Positions 1-12,480 of a stretch of 64,000 bases of DNA are shown here, piece by piece. How positions within the stretch are numbered: the first letter of the stretch is position 1; every line of letters begins with the position of its first letter. The translations under genes were made by a program, and so were the position numbers. The notes below the pieces were generated by a model. It was not told the DNA's origin. It did no database searches and saw nothing but the letters and a program-made list of their open reading frames with translations. Source of the stretch: Octopus bimaculoides (lineage: Eukaryota); assembly GCF_001194135.2 (NCBI RefSeq), contig NC_068981.1, forward strand, positions 170,708,256 through 170,772,255. The letters run 5' to 3'.

Positions 1-477
1 ATATATATATATATATATATATAATATACATGCGTGCACGTTTAGATGTAGGTCTCTCAGTTGTATATTTATGCATTTTTATGTGTATATACTCACAGTT
101 TTTCCTCAAACTTTATATTGCGTTTGTGTATTCGTGCATTGTTTCGCTGTGTTTTCTCTATCCTATTCTATACTCTTTCTATTTCGAGCTTTCTGTATCT
201 CTCAAACATCAACCGTATCGAACACTCCTGAGCCTTATTGAATACTTCAAACCGCTACCTCTGTTCTTTTTTTAATGTTTATATCGTTAAGTCGTCTCCT
301 CTTGCTTTCCATTATATTCTCTTTATTTTACCTCTCTCCCTTTTTATTTCACTTCTGTACCTTTTTCTTCCTGTATTCTCTCAAATTTTCTTACCTTCTT
401 TCTTTCATTCGCCCTTTCTATCTGTTGCTTTTTTTTTTAATTTGCTTCTCTGTCTATTATCATTATTATTATTTCTT

Positions 478-628
478 TTTCCTTTACTTGTTTCAATCAT
501 TTGACCACGGCCATGCTGGAGCACCGCCTTTATTCTATCAGTCTCTTTTACCGAACCCCTACTTTACGAGGACGTAAACACACCACCATCGTTCTCAAGC
601 GATGGTAGGGGGAGAGATACAGACATAC

Positions 629-688
<60 letters not shown>

Positions 689-849
689 TATGGGCTTCTT
701 TCAGCTTCTGTCTACCAGATCAACTCACAAAGCTTTGGTCGGCCCGAGGCTATAGTAGAAGATACCTGTGCAACGTGCCACGCAGTTGGACTGAATCAGA
801 AACGATGTAGTTGGGAAGCAAGCCTCTTACCACACAGCCACTTCTGCGC
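478..849 (-). mobile_element. tRNA-derived SINE, family A (near full length, with internal (TA)/(TG) microsatellite)
   Basis: Minus strand reads head GTGGCTGTGTGGTAAGAGGCTTGCTTCCCAAC...GATTCAGTCCAACTGCGTGGC (A/B-box-like), then body, (CA)n, and tail GGCGGTGCTCCAGCATGGCCGTGGTCAAATGATTGAAACAAGTAAAGG. Homologous pieces recur at 14753-14922, 15735-15912, 44255-44345, 45640-45836 and 52800-52950. Confidence 0.8.
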
Positions 850-1351
850 TGTTAATCCTTAATTTAATTCCAACATCAATTTTAAACCCTTCTGTTTGAC
901 TTCTACTATATTCCTTTTAGTTACTTGTTATTCCCATTTCTATACAAAATCTATTTTATTCTGTTCTGTTATTTTCTTTTTTGCACAACGTTTTTTGAAT
1001 TCAACTAGTGTTGATATTTATTTCTCCAGTAGTGTCAACGCCCTCTAGCTGCTGATTTCACACGGCTGTATTTTTTGAAATTGTTTAACCAATCAGGATA
1101 AAATGCTCATTCGCTGAACTGTGAAGACGATATTACTTTATATATACTCACGTAATTTAATTATTCAGCATTATCACAACTCTGTGCTGAACGGTTACTT
1201 ACGGAAAGCTTTTTCATCTTAATTAAAATAGAATATCATTCTAGCTTTAGTATTCACGTACCATTTTTCCGCCCTGTTTCGCACCTATGTGCATACTTAT
1301 ATGTGTGGGGGTTTCAGGGGTGGGGGTCTCTGTGTGTGTGCGCGCGCCTAA

Positions 1352-1398
1352 GTCTTATGGCTAAGATCAAGGTCTAATATCTGTTCTTATCAGTTTAA
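1352..1398 (+). pseudogene. U2: U2 snRNA 5' fragment (truncated pseudogene)
   Basis: GTCTTATGGCTAAGATCAAGGTCTAATATCTGTTCTTATCAGTTTAA aligns to U2 GCCTT(T/A)TGGCTAAGATCAAGTGTAGTATCTGTTCTTATCAGTTTAA. The match stops in (TA)n; the Sm site and 3' stems are absent. Confidence 0.8.
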
Positions 1399-1651
1399 AA
1401 TATATATATATCATATACGGATATATATAATCTGGTGATAATTTACATCATACAGACTAGTGCAGGCAAGAATAAAATGATTAATTATACACTAAAATAA
1501 AATATAATTGCATTGTGTTGGCTGCAGAATGGTCCTCATTCTCTGGATATCAACTGGTAAAATAAATATATTCATCTCATACCTCCTGATTTTCTGTACA
1601 TTTTATATTGTGTTATATATATATATATATAAGAGAGAGAGTGAAAACAAC

Positions 1652-2015
1652 TCAAAAGCCGCAAAAGTACTGACTTAATGACTGACAAAGGGAAGTAACT
1701 CCACAGGTTATATACTCGGATTGCGATTTCTGATTTTGAAGGAGACCCTTGTAATCCCATTCAGCGCCTAGTGTTAAACTCAACTACCTCTGTCAGTCTT
1801 ATAAGAAAAACAGCTGAAAACATGTACTGATTTTCAAAACGGTAAAGCATATATTTTCAACGGCTTTTCTTATAATACTGACGGAGGTAATTGAGTTTAA
1901 CCCTAGGTGTTATGAGTCGCTGATGAGGATTAAAATGGTCGACATCAAAATCTGAAATCACAATCTGACTTACCTCCCTTTGTCGGTCAATAAGACAGTG
2001 ATTTTGTGACTTCTG
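1652..2015. mobile_element. Foldback/palindromic MITE-like element
   Basis: The left arm (ACTGACTTAATGACTGACAAAGGGAAGTAA...CCTAGTGTTAAACTCAACTACCTCTGTCAGTCTTATAAGAAAA) is the imperfect reverse complement of the right arm (TTTTCTTATAATACTGACGGAGGTAATTGAGTTTAACCCTAGG...TTACCTCCCTTTGTCGGTCAATAAGACAGT). Centre near 1835. Confidence 0.7.
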
Positions 2016-2123
2016 ACTTCTCTGAACAAAAGCGGTGCTAGTCAGTACCTACTGTCAATTTTGTGACCTCTATTAATTTTGCCTTTAAATTGTAATTGTT
2101 AATAATCCATCCTTTTTAAATTT

Positions 2124-2124
2124 G

Positions 2125-2196
<72 letters not shown>
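2124..2196. repeat. (TATC)n microsatellite
   Basis: Perfect TATC run. Similar GATA/TATC runs at about 51335-51392 and 59735-59798. Confidence 0.95.
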
Positions 2197-5151
2197 CCTT
2201 TTGATCGACACCACCCATTTTTTTTTTTCCTTCCTTCCCCCTCCCAAAAAGAAAAGCTCTACATTGTATTTGTCCCATCTTCGTTGAGCCCTGTGTGGCT
2301 AATAAAAGAAATGTATCTATCTATCTATCTATAGATAGATAGACACGTAGATAGTTATATACACATATATGTGTGTCTGAGTATATGTATATGTGTAGAT
2401 TTATAAATATACGTATGTATATCGAACTGATTTGGTCCATCAATTTTTCAATGTATTTTTGGTGTACCGTCACGAGAAACAGTACTTTCTGGCATCTGTA
2501 CATCTGGCGCAGTCCATCAATCTGTAGCCCTGTACTTGGCCGATTCCCCTCCTAATGAGTGACAAATAGAAAGGAACAAACACAGAAAGCATTAAATTGA
2601 CTCTTGCACTATGTTGCTTAGAATGTATTGATCCCTAAAAGGGGATCCGAATCGATTGCCACATGGCAATTTGACGATAGTTTCCAGAAAGGCACTTATG
2701 TGGTGTACATAAAATTCATTATATCTCGTATATTTCCACAGTCTTTTGGAAGAAGAAAGTCATACAATAATACAACATTAATTCGTTGAGACATTTATGT
2801 TTTCTGCACTTGGATCAGACATCTCGAGATATATTGGTTTCAGCATAATTATACGAAATGTAATTCTACCATAAATTTAATTAATTGTTGAAAACTTTAA
2901 GCTATTCATTCGTTCCCTGTAATATATTCGGTCTAGGCTTACAGTGTAGCAACAACATATTCATGATAATATATAATCTGTTGATTATATATTGTATTAG
3001 ATGCACTGTGTTATCATTTGCGGATCTCAATGTCAGACATGCCCTCACGCATACACATTCACACAAACCCGTACATATGCATTTAAGCATGTACGCATGT
3101 ATATACATATTTATGTACGTGCGCGTGCGTGTGTATGTGCTTATACGTATATACATACATATATGCATATATATCTGCTTATGTATGTGTGAGTATCTAT
3201 ATATACATACATACATACATACATACTAATCACTATTTTTATTTCCATTGCTTCTTTATTAGTTTTATACGAGAGGTTGGCTGACTTGTTTGTTCTTTGT
3301 TTTAGATGCATTTATCAATATTTTAATATGATGATGATAAGCGATAGAATTGAATATAGCTAAATACAGTATGCTAAACGAAATTGGCAGCAATCACAAA
3401 AAGCGCAAAGAAAAACGCCAAGTAATAAAAACATCATTTTAATATCCTCGCAGATTATCCGTACAATGTCATTGAAAAACGAATGTGAAAACGGTAGCAA
3501 GTAATACGAGTCAAACAAAAAGTAAATAAGAAATCACAAAATAAATAAACAAACAGAAAGAAAAAACAAACAAGGACGTTCATAATGATTCCTATGAGCA
3601 ACTCAACAAAACAATATGGCGGAAATGTTTATCATTCTCTCTATATACTTCTGTACATTAACAAATCTACCTTGTATAAATTGACACGTTCACTATTCTG
3701 CAGAATGTCGGCGGAATCGCATTTCAAGTTGGTTGTATGGACTTCCGATGGGCTGTCAGGTTTGGCAGGCTTTCAGCTGATATTTAGAAAAACACAACAC
3801 GTTATAGCTAAGTACATAAGTATATGTATATATATAAACTAAGTTGTCATGTTGTCACTGTGTTTAATGTTGTGTATATTTAGTGTTAGAAATGCATGGG
3901 GAAATTTAGGGTGTTCTGTTTTATCCATAAAAATACAATATGATTTATGTATGGATGCGGGAAAGCATATATACATGCATACATTCATATATATATANNN
4001 NNNNNNNNNNNNNNNNNNNNNNNNNNNNNNNNNNNNNNNNNNNNNNNNNNNNNNNNNNNNNNNNNNNNNNNNNNNNNNNNNNNNNNNNNNNNNNNNNNNN
4101 NNNNNNNNNNNNNNNNNNNNNNNNNNNNNNNNNNNNNNNNNNNNNNNNNNNNNNNNNNNNNNNNNNNNNNNNNNNNNNNNNNNNNNNNNNNNNNNNNNNN
4201 NNNNNNNNNNNNNNNNNNNNNNNNNNNNNNNNNNNNNNNNNNNNNNNNNNNNNNNNACACGACTGTGTCCTGTTTGCCAAGGGAAGTTATCCCTCTCACC
4301 TCGATCTGCAGCACGAACGTATCCGGATTTCAGGGTTATTTCCCTTCGTCGGCGTCCGACAGCTGATGACCTTGGTGAGAGAGACAAAAACCTGGCAAAC
4401 TTATATCTTCTTTTCCAGTGAAATTCTTCACTGATATTGAAAAGGTGAAAACAAGCAATGTTAATTCTCTAAATGAAGTATTAACAGTAACTGCACGATA
4501 AAGTGTAGTATATTGCCACTTAAGTGTGGCTGAACCCTAGGGGTATGTTTGTATGTCGTGTGTGTGTGTGTGTGTGTGTGTGTGTCTGTGTGTGTGTGTG
4601 CGTGCATGTGTAATATAAGATGTGGATTCAGAGAACCTTACGACCAAGACAGTAAGCTCAGCGTACAAAGAGGGCTATTACTCCACATAGAAATCGATTT
4701 CAGTGTATTGCAAAGTATCCATGTTATGATAAACACAAGCGATAAGATTATTCTACAAGGCGTATGTAAAAACATTTAAGAGGCACGAAAGGTTAATATT
4801 AACTTTCATAAATTTACGGCCGTTTCTTAACCTACTTCACGTAACAATGATTTAAGAATTTATATGTATATGTGTGGATAAATATACATAGTTGTCATTT
4901 GAAAATATGATTGTGTAGTCACAAATTAATACAATGAAAGAGAGCTGGCTCGTTGGCTCACCAGAATATCATGTTTACATGAACAAATGATATAGACACA
5001 TATGAGATTTGATATTATGATAATAAACGATTGGAGATATTTAATCACTGATACACTTAGTGCTCAGCAACCTCGCCGGTAGTTGTTGCTATATCATTAT
5101 AACTATGTGAATTCAACAAATGGGATGAATGGATCTCCAATACAACATATT

Positions 5152-5370
5152 CATTTCTGCTCAAGGCACAAGGCCCGAATTTTTTGGGGAGGGGGCTAGT
5201 CGATTAGATCGACCCCAATACGCAACTGTATTTAATTTATCGACCCCGAAAGGATGAAAGGCAAAATCGACCTCGGCGGAATTTGAAGTCAGAACGTCAA
5301 AAACAGACGAAATACCGCTAAAAATTTCATTTCGCCCGGCGTGCTAACGGCTTCTTCCAGCGCGCTGCCT
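5152..5370 (-). mobile_element. tRNA-derived SINE, family B
   Basis: Minus-strand head AGGCAGCGCGCTGGAAGAAGCCGTTAGCACGCCGGGCG, B-box-like GACTTCAAATTCC, core GTCGATTTTGCCTTTCATCCTTTCGGGGTCGATAAA. Same head and core as 26662-26888. CAACATATT flanks both sides (possible TSD). Confidence 0.8.
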
Positions 5371-5503
5371 ATCCATTGCAACATATTAAGAGAATAGGAG
5401 ATACATAAGCACAGGTTCCCTCACAGAATATGTAGGTGCTTCCTTTGAACATTGATCAACTATCTGACAAGCATTATATGTACATATATGGATGTATGTG
5501 TGT

Positions 5504-5542
<39 letters not shown>

Positions 5543-6239
5543 GATAGATAGATATATACATACATATATNNNNNNNNNNNNNNNNNNNNNNNNNNNNNNN
5601 NNNNNNNNNNNNNNNNNNNNNNNNNNNNNNNNNNNNNNNNNNNNNNNNNNNNNNNNNNNNNNNNNNNNNNNNNNNNNNNNNNNNNNNNNNNNNNNNNNNN
5701 NNNNNNNNNNNNNNNNNNNNNNNNNNNNNNNNNNNNNNNNNNNACAAATTGCATTCCTATATTCATTATGCTGGATCCAGTATTTTTATAATTTGCAAGT
5801 CATTATGAAAGCGTAAAAGTACATTTAGCGGTTCAGGTTTCCCAGAGACTTTTCATGATATAATTAATGTATTTTCCTGATAGGGTTTTTTAAATTTCCA
5901 AATGATTTCGATTTATCAACTCGTTCTTCTTCTACAATGCGCTCTTACATTATATCTGATCAAACTTCTCGTGATCTGCTGATTGGTTCGTAATTTTGTT
6001 TTTAATTCTCAATGTTTATTTTCACTTCGTTTTGCCAGTTATCATTGGAAGAATTATGTGAGTGTGTGTGTATGCGGTCGTGTGTGATTATGTGTTTGTG
6101 TGTGTGTTTGTGTGTTTGTGCGTGTGATGTGTGTGTGTGTGTGTGTGTTTGTGCGTGTGTGTGTGTGTGTATGTGTGTGTGTGTGTGTGTTTGTGTTATT
6201 GAGTTTATGCTGATTGATTTTGGATGGTTTTAGTCTTAT

Positions 6240-7100
6240 TGTATTCTTATCAGTGTTTTACATTGGCGTTTGGCTGTCGATATGTCGGCTTTGTTACTTA
6301 TTTCTTTCATTTACTGGGAGCATACTTTCCACATGTATGTGGCTTTTTAATATTAATTTGATGTCAAATTTTGTTTCATCAATGAATGTCTCACCAAGCA
6401 ATTTGTTTTCGTCGTGATACGAATTTTCCCATCCAGTTCTTTTTATTTCTAGAATCAAAATTTATTTTGCTACATATGGCACACTCTATCTGCATCATGG
6501 ATAATTTTTTTGTTTTTACTTTCATGCTGTCGTTTCTTGAAAATCGCCTGCGCTGGTTAAATTCGTGTAGGTTCTTTCTCATGATAATACGGCTATATAC
6601 CACATAAATTTCTCACGATCTTTACTAAGTGTGCTATCAAGATGTTAATTTTTGCATGTATTGATACAGCAGAGCTCAAAGAGATTAAAAGACCATATAT
6701 ATCCTATAATGCAAGTGAAGGATTTAGCTGTTGCTACATACAATTTCTGGCAATGGTTTTGTGTTTTGAATTAATGGTGTTTTGTTAGGGGTTGTGAACT
6801 ACTAATCGATGGTGACTAATACGTTTGTAGAATGAATTTGCTACGTACACAATAATTTCGATAGCAGGTTGTTTTTTTCTATTTCAGGTGACATATTCTG
6901 GGTTTGTTTTAACCAAGATTATTATTTCGTCAACATATTGTGAATACAACACGATCTTGATGTTAGATGCTGTTTCAGTAGCATGCCCCACCGTAACATA
7001 AAGACGTTGACTATATCACCAGCAAATTCAGCACAATATCTACATCTACCTACTTATATATAGTATTAAACTGTAACTGAATTCTGTCTTTTTTATCCAG
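6240..7100 (-). mobile_element. Highly decayed Penelope-like retroelement (RT plus GIY-YIG remnants)
   Basis: Minus-strand YSQYVDEIIILV (6926-6937 = YVDE, RT catalytic-like) followed downstream by QIECAICSK (about 6466-6490, resembling the CxxC of PLE GIY-YIG). Many stops and frameshifts. Confidence 0.35.
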
Positions 7101-7703
7101 GTAAAAATACCACGTGCCTTTATCCATTTTATACGGTCATGTTCCAATGGAATTTAGATGGGTTTCAGCTGTGCTTCCCAAGATAGCTTTGAGTGTTAGT
7201 ATTTTACTGTCAACATAATGGTGAAAGATCTGTATTTTTCTAGTCGGACATGATCTGGCTTTTTCAGATCGTGTTTAAGAATATATTATTACATGTAAGT
7301 TTTATGACATCTCCGAGCTCATAGGTATCGGCAAGGGGAAATAACACATCACTCTCGTAGATTATCTTCGTACATTACTACAAAATTTTCCATCAATCTT
7401 AATTGATGAATATGGTGATCATGCATCGATGCTGCTTATAATGATATGTATGTGGCTATAAGAGGGCTTGCTCTCACTAATTCCGTTGAGAGATATGTAA
7501 ATGAAGAAATAAAATACCAAACCTATATCCCATCAATATCTCACACGCTTGCCATGGCGATGTTAACATACGTCTATAGTACAGAAGAATAGTCAGAGTG
7601 TGATTCTAAATAACTTTAAAATGTAAACCCATTGAGAAATTTACAGGAAGAGTGAGAAAAGGTTTTGTGGGAAAAGATAAACTATAACAATGATATCTAA
7701 TAA

Positions 7704-7762
<59 letters not shown>

Positions 7763-8830
7763 TTTATATGTGCATAAATACATGCGTGCACACATAAACG
7801 TTATCAAACATACATACACACATACAGACATACCCAAAAATGTATGTATTGATTAATGTCGAAGATGTCAACCACAAGTTTCTATTTGTTCGATCAACTG
7901 AACTACTTGCTCATCGAATAAACTTACATTTTTGTCGAATGTCTTGGTGTCTAAGGCTGGGAGCTTCGGCTGTGTTATATCTTAACATGGATACTGCAGA
8001 GCGTGTCAAAGAATAAGATATTCCAACTTGAGGGTTCACAAACATAACAAAAATATTTCCTGTAAACAGTATTTTAATTCTCAGATTATCTCAGAAGTTA
8101 ACTTATTCGTCATATGAATACCAAAATATTCAATTTCCAGTAAAACACAGGCTTGTCATGAATGAGAGTTTAAAAAGAAATCATTGAAATGACTTTGGGT
8201 AGATGCGATATTTTCACATTCATATTTATGCAAGTACAAGAATTGTTTTAAGTCAGATCTCCCAGTCATCACAAACCATCCAAACAACACCAAGTATACT
8301 ACCTATGCAACGCATCGCATCGAGGACTTAACGAGGATTCGTACTGACGCTGTAATTCATATATTATTGTAAATTCGATACTCATACTGCTGGTAATTCA
8401 TGTTGAAATCTGCATATTACAGATCGACGTTACTAAGATACAATAACACAAGACATGCACGTCAACGAGTACCAACTGTGCTGCAGGCAGACATATTTCT
8501 GCATATATATGTATATGTGTGTGTTTATGTGTGTGTGTCCGTGTGTGGGAGCGCTCGAGAGAGCCCATATATATACATATATTCAAACATATATACGTAT
8601 ATATATATGTGTGTATGTATATATACGCATAGATATATGTGTGTGCGCCTATATAAGTGTATATATATATATATACTTACATACGCACGCACACAAGCAC
8701 ACACACACACAAACATACATTTAGATGTACACTCAAAAGATATGCCGGTGCGTTTAATATAGATTTTGCTCCTGCTAGAAGCTGTCGATATATCACACTG
8801 TCATCATATGTATATATACATATATATATT

Positions 8831-8886
<56 letters not shown>

Positions 8887-11092
8887 TACATATATATATA
8901 TACAAGTGTGCGTATGTGTATGTGTGTGTGTGTGTTTGTATTTCCATATTTAACTATATATTTACGTACATATATCTGTGTGTATGTGTGTGTGTTTGTG
9001 TGTGTTTGTGTGAGTGTTGCTGTGTATATGTATGTTGGTGTGGTTACGAACATGGTATTGTGCTTTTGCGTGTGATTGCTCGCGAATGTGTGTGCATACA
9101 TTATGTACCAAAACAGCTGCATAGCTCATTAAGTATGAGACAGACATAATAAATTCTGAAAACAGAAAATTATTATGAAACAACATTGAATATAACATAT
9201 TGGTAGACAACAATAAATATTGCAGCACGTGGCGATAATCCATCATCTTCAGATATTAACGGATATAAATTTAAATGAATATATACACACACTTGCGCGC
9301 GAGCATGTGTTATAAGTTTCCATACGCAGCTGTCTTGTTTATAGAAAGATATTATTACACACACATGCCAGTGTACGAATATACAACCTAAAATCTCTAT
9401 TTTTCTCATTTTCATGTGCTTGTGTTAGTGTGAGTTTGTATGTTTGTGCGCGGACGTGTGTGTGTATGTGTTTGCATGCATGTGTTTGTGTAAGCGCGCG
9501 CGTGTGTACGAATGGACGTAGAGTTTTACTTTCAAACCGATACTTGACCCAAATTCTTTAGACAAAATATATTCTGGCAAATACATCGAAGTCGAAGCGG
9601 TGGTGTTAAACTGGATGAAACTGTCCTTCCAAATATCTCCAAAATGTTTCTCTCAAACCATTTTAACCCACAACAGGCTGGTGTACTGGATTCGTTTGTC
9701 TTACACATAAATGTTTAATTTTTATACAAAATGACATATGTACAAACATAATTCATTCGATATTCAACTATGAAACAATTTTATCAACACAATATATATG
9801 GATTGATACATTTGTTTCAATAATATTAAAACCTTGAATTTTGAGATAGATAATTTACACTTTGAAGATACATTTGACTATAGTTATCAGAAAAGCGGGC
9901 AACCGATTTTGCTATAAAAAGAAAACTATTATTGAAAACAACGCATAGTGGTTTAAAATGCGAATAAGTAAGAAAAAGTAATGTACAGCAGCATTTCTTG
10001 AAAGGATTTTGATAAGGCTCAGTTGCGATATTTCATGAAGAATCTGGTAATCACGCCCTTATTGTGATCATCGTATTGTAATATATAAGGTTTAAAATAG
10101 CTGGTCGTGATTTGCAATATGATAAAATTCTAGGAAAAACGTATGTTAGTGAAAACGTGTTTCGGGTGATCACTGTTATAATCTAGTATAAATCTCACTG
10201 ATTATATTTTTGACGAATTGAATTCTGATGCATAAATTTATTTTCTATTTTGTAACTTGGAATCTTTCCGCAAGAATGAAGAATTTTGTAAATGTTCTAA
10301 ACATGTTTACTACGATTCTCGCTCGGCGATGTTCCGATGTAGCAAATACGGTCTTAATATAAATGTCATACCATGAAGTTTGTATATTTAGATTTTCGTT
10401 TAGAAGTAGAGAGTAGTCGTTTTTGGCTTAAGTTTTATTATTTTTTCGAGTTATAAAATGGTTAAAGTAAAACATGCATTCCGGGAAATAGCAAAATATC
10501 GTCTTGCAAAGAAATCAATCAATAAACAAGACCAGATATAATTCCTAAAATCTAAGAAAATAGAGAAATGAAAATTGTATTGAAATCTAGCGTCTAAAAG
10601 GGAAACACCAAGTCTGATAAATCTTTCATGTATTTTATTTCCGTTTCAAACTCAATGCAACTAATGATATCAATATGATATTGAAATGAACGCTACCATT
10701 ATAATAAGGGTTTTTTAAATACATAGAGTCAAATTTCAAAGTTATTTAGAAAAAGAAACAAGTTAGAAATATCGGTAAAAAGATTATGAAAGGCTCTTTA
10801 CAAATCATTTCGTTTCTTCGGTAAAAGATATTTGCAAGAAAAACTAAAATTTTGTTAATAATGGACAGAAGTATAGAGACACTTAGTGGATTATTTCATA
10901 CTATTCATGGTTGGTTTATCGAGAACGATCAATAACTGGTCATCAGATTCTTCGGCATTTCCGAATTAAATTTAATTTTGATATTGCTTCATTGTTGGAG
11001 TCAATTCTTTGTAAGAATGTATTCTTTCCCTCCACTTCATATTTTTTGTTCATCCTTTCCTTTCTCTCTTTCTGTCTCATCTCATTCTCTTT

Positions 11093-11096
<4 letters not shown>

Positions 11097-11134
<38 letters not shown>

Positions 11135-11163
11135 CTCTCTCTCTCTCTCTCTCNNNNNNNNNN

Positions 11164-11246
<83 letters not shown>
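11097..11246. repeat. (CT)n microsatellite containing a 10-N gap
   Basis: Direct inspection. Confidence 0.95.
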
Positions 11247-11250
<4 letters not shown>

Positions 11251-12124
11251 GTATACATACACACTCGCATACACACAAGCACATATTTCTGTATGTGTGA
11301 ATATATGTGTATGCATGTGATTTCTGTGTGAGTATCTTATGCTTACTGAACCATTAAAATGCCTTTCACTAATCGTTTCTTGTATTCACTAGCGTCTTGT
11401 TGATTTTTGTAAAGTGAGACAGCTTTATTTTCGACATCTTCAGCAGCCAGCATCAGAAAAAAAAGGGGATTAAATTGTATTATGAGAATTAGCTACTGGT
11501 GAATAAACGGAGACGCTCGATATTTTCAATAAAATGACATTAAGTATGAAGCTTCACTAAGGAAGCTTAGTGTATGATCCCGTCTATATATTTCTAAGAG
11601 CATATTGCTTCTGTATTTCTGTGAAATATATGCTGCGATTGGATGTTATGGGGAGAGAAAAAGCGATGGCTTAATCATAACATATTCTCTCAATATTCTC
11701 AACTGCCATTTTTAATTAACCCACCAACCCACATAAGCGACTGTAGTGATATACGTGATCATTCGGTTTCCAGTTATGCTAATATGGAGTGAATATGAAA
11801 TATATGCAAATATTGAGCTAACAACCCTACAATCGTGAGTCGTATACTCTAGCCATTAAGTCACTCTCCTTAAAACAACAAAACAATGTTTGCCTTGTTG
11901 TATTGTCACTGACAATAGCTATCTAAGAGTAACACTGGAATTGCTTCCCTTCTTTGTTCGGCGTGAGAATGATGTTAGCTTCATTGTATGTTTTCTAATC
12001 ATGATTTTGAAGTGCAGTGTGCTTATTTCTGATATTACAATAATTTGAATTTTCAAACCCTACATGTGAAACCGCTTTATTCTCTATTCACATAATATAT
12101 ATATTGAGGCATTCTGTTGAGGAG

Positions 12125-12480
12125 TATCTTGTTCTTCTCATGTGAAAAGAGCATCTGCGAGTACCAAATGCACAATGCCCAAAACAACAGGTAGCTTCTC
12201 TATATTCCATTTAATACCTCACTTTTCAAGAACACCAATTTCCCCAAATTGGAATGAGGTCTCTTCACGCCTGTCTTAGGCTCAATTTACACAGTCATGT
12301 GAAGTTGCTGGAGAGTGTGGCCAACCACTGGCCACCGAGGTTTCATACTATCCGCTCTTCCTGCACCATAGAGGCCAAGCTATTGGCCAAGATTAAGGAA
12401 GTATTCGAAGATCTTCCCAGGGGTTCAGTGAGGAAAGCAAGTACCACGTTCGGAAGTAATCTAAAATTTCAGTATTTAGA
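12125..12480 (+). mobile_element. DD37D-like (maT-type) Tc1/mariner transposase remnant
   Basis: LFFSCEKSICEYQMHNAQNNR* (FSDEK-type first catalytic motif), then LRLN...VKLLESV..HWPP and AKIKEVFEDLPRGSVRKA..FGS (C-terminal helix). Internally deleted. Confidence 0.55.

Noticed and set aside
4290-4370. Cadherin-like peptides (LSDADEG, NPEIR, YVRAADRG) on the minus strand
   Set aside because: They lie in three different frames within 70 bp and would need two frameshifts; the spacing does not fit a cadherin repeat.
7380-7420. NFPSILIDEYGD resembling a helicase Walker B motif
   Set aside because: Isolated peptide in a short frame, no Walker A or other motifs, and inside a probable decayed retroelement region.
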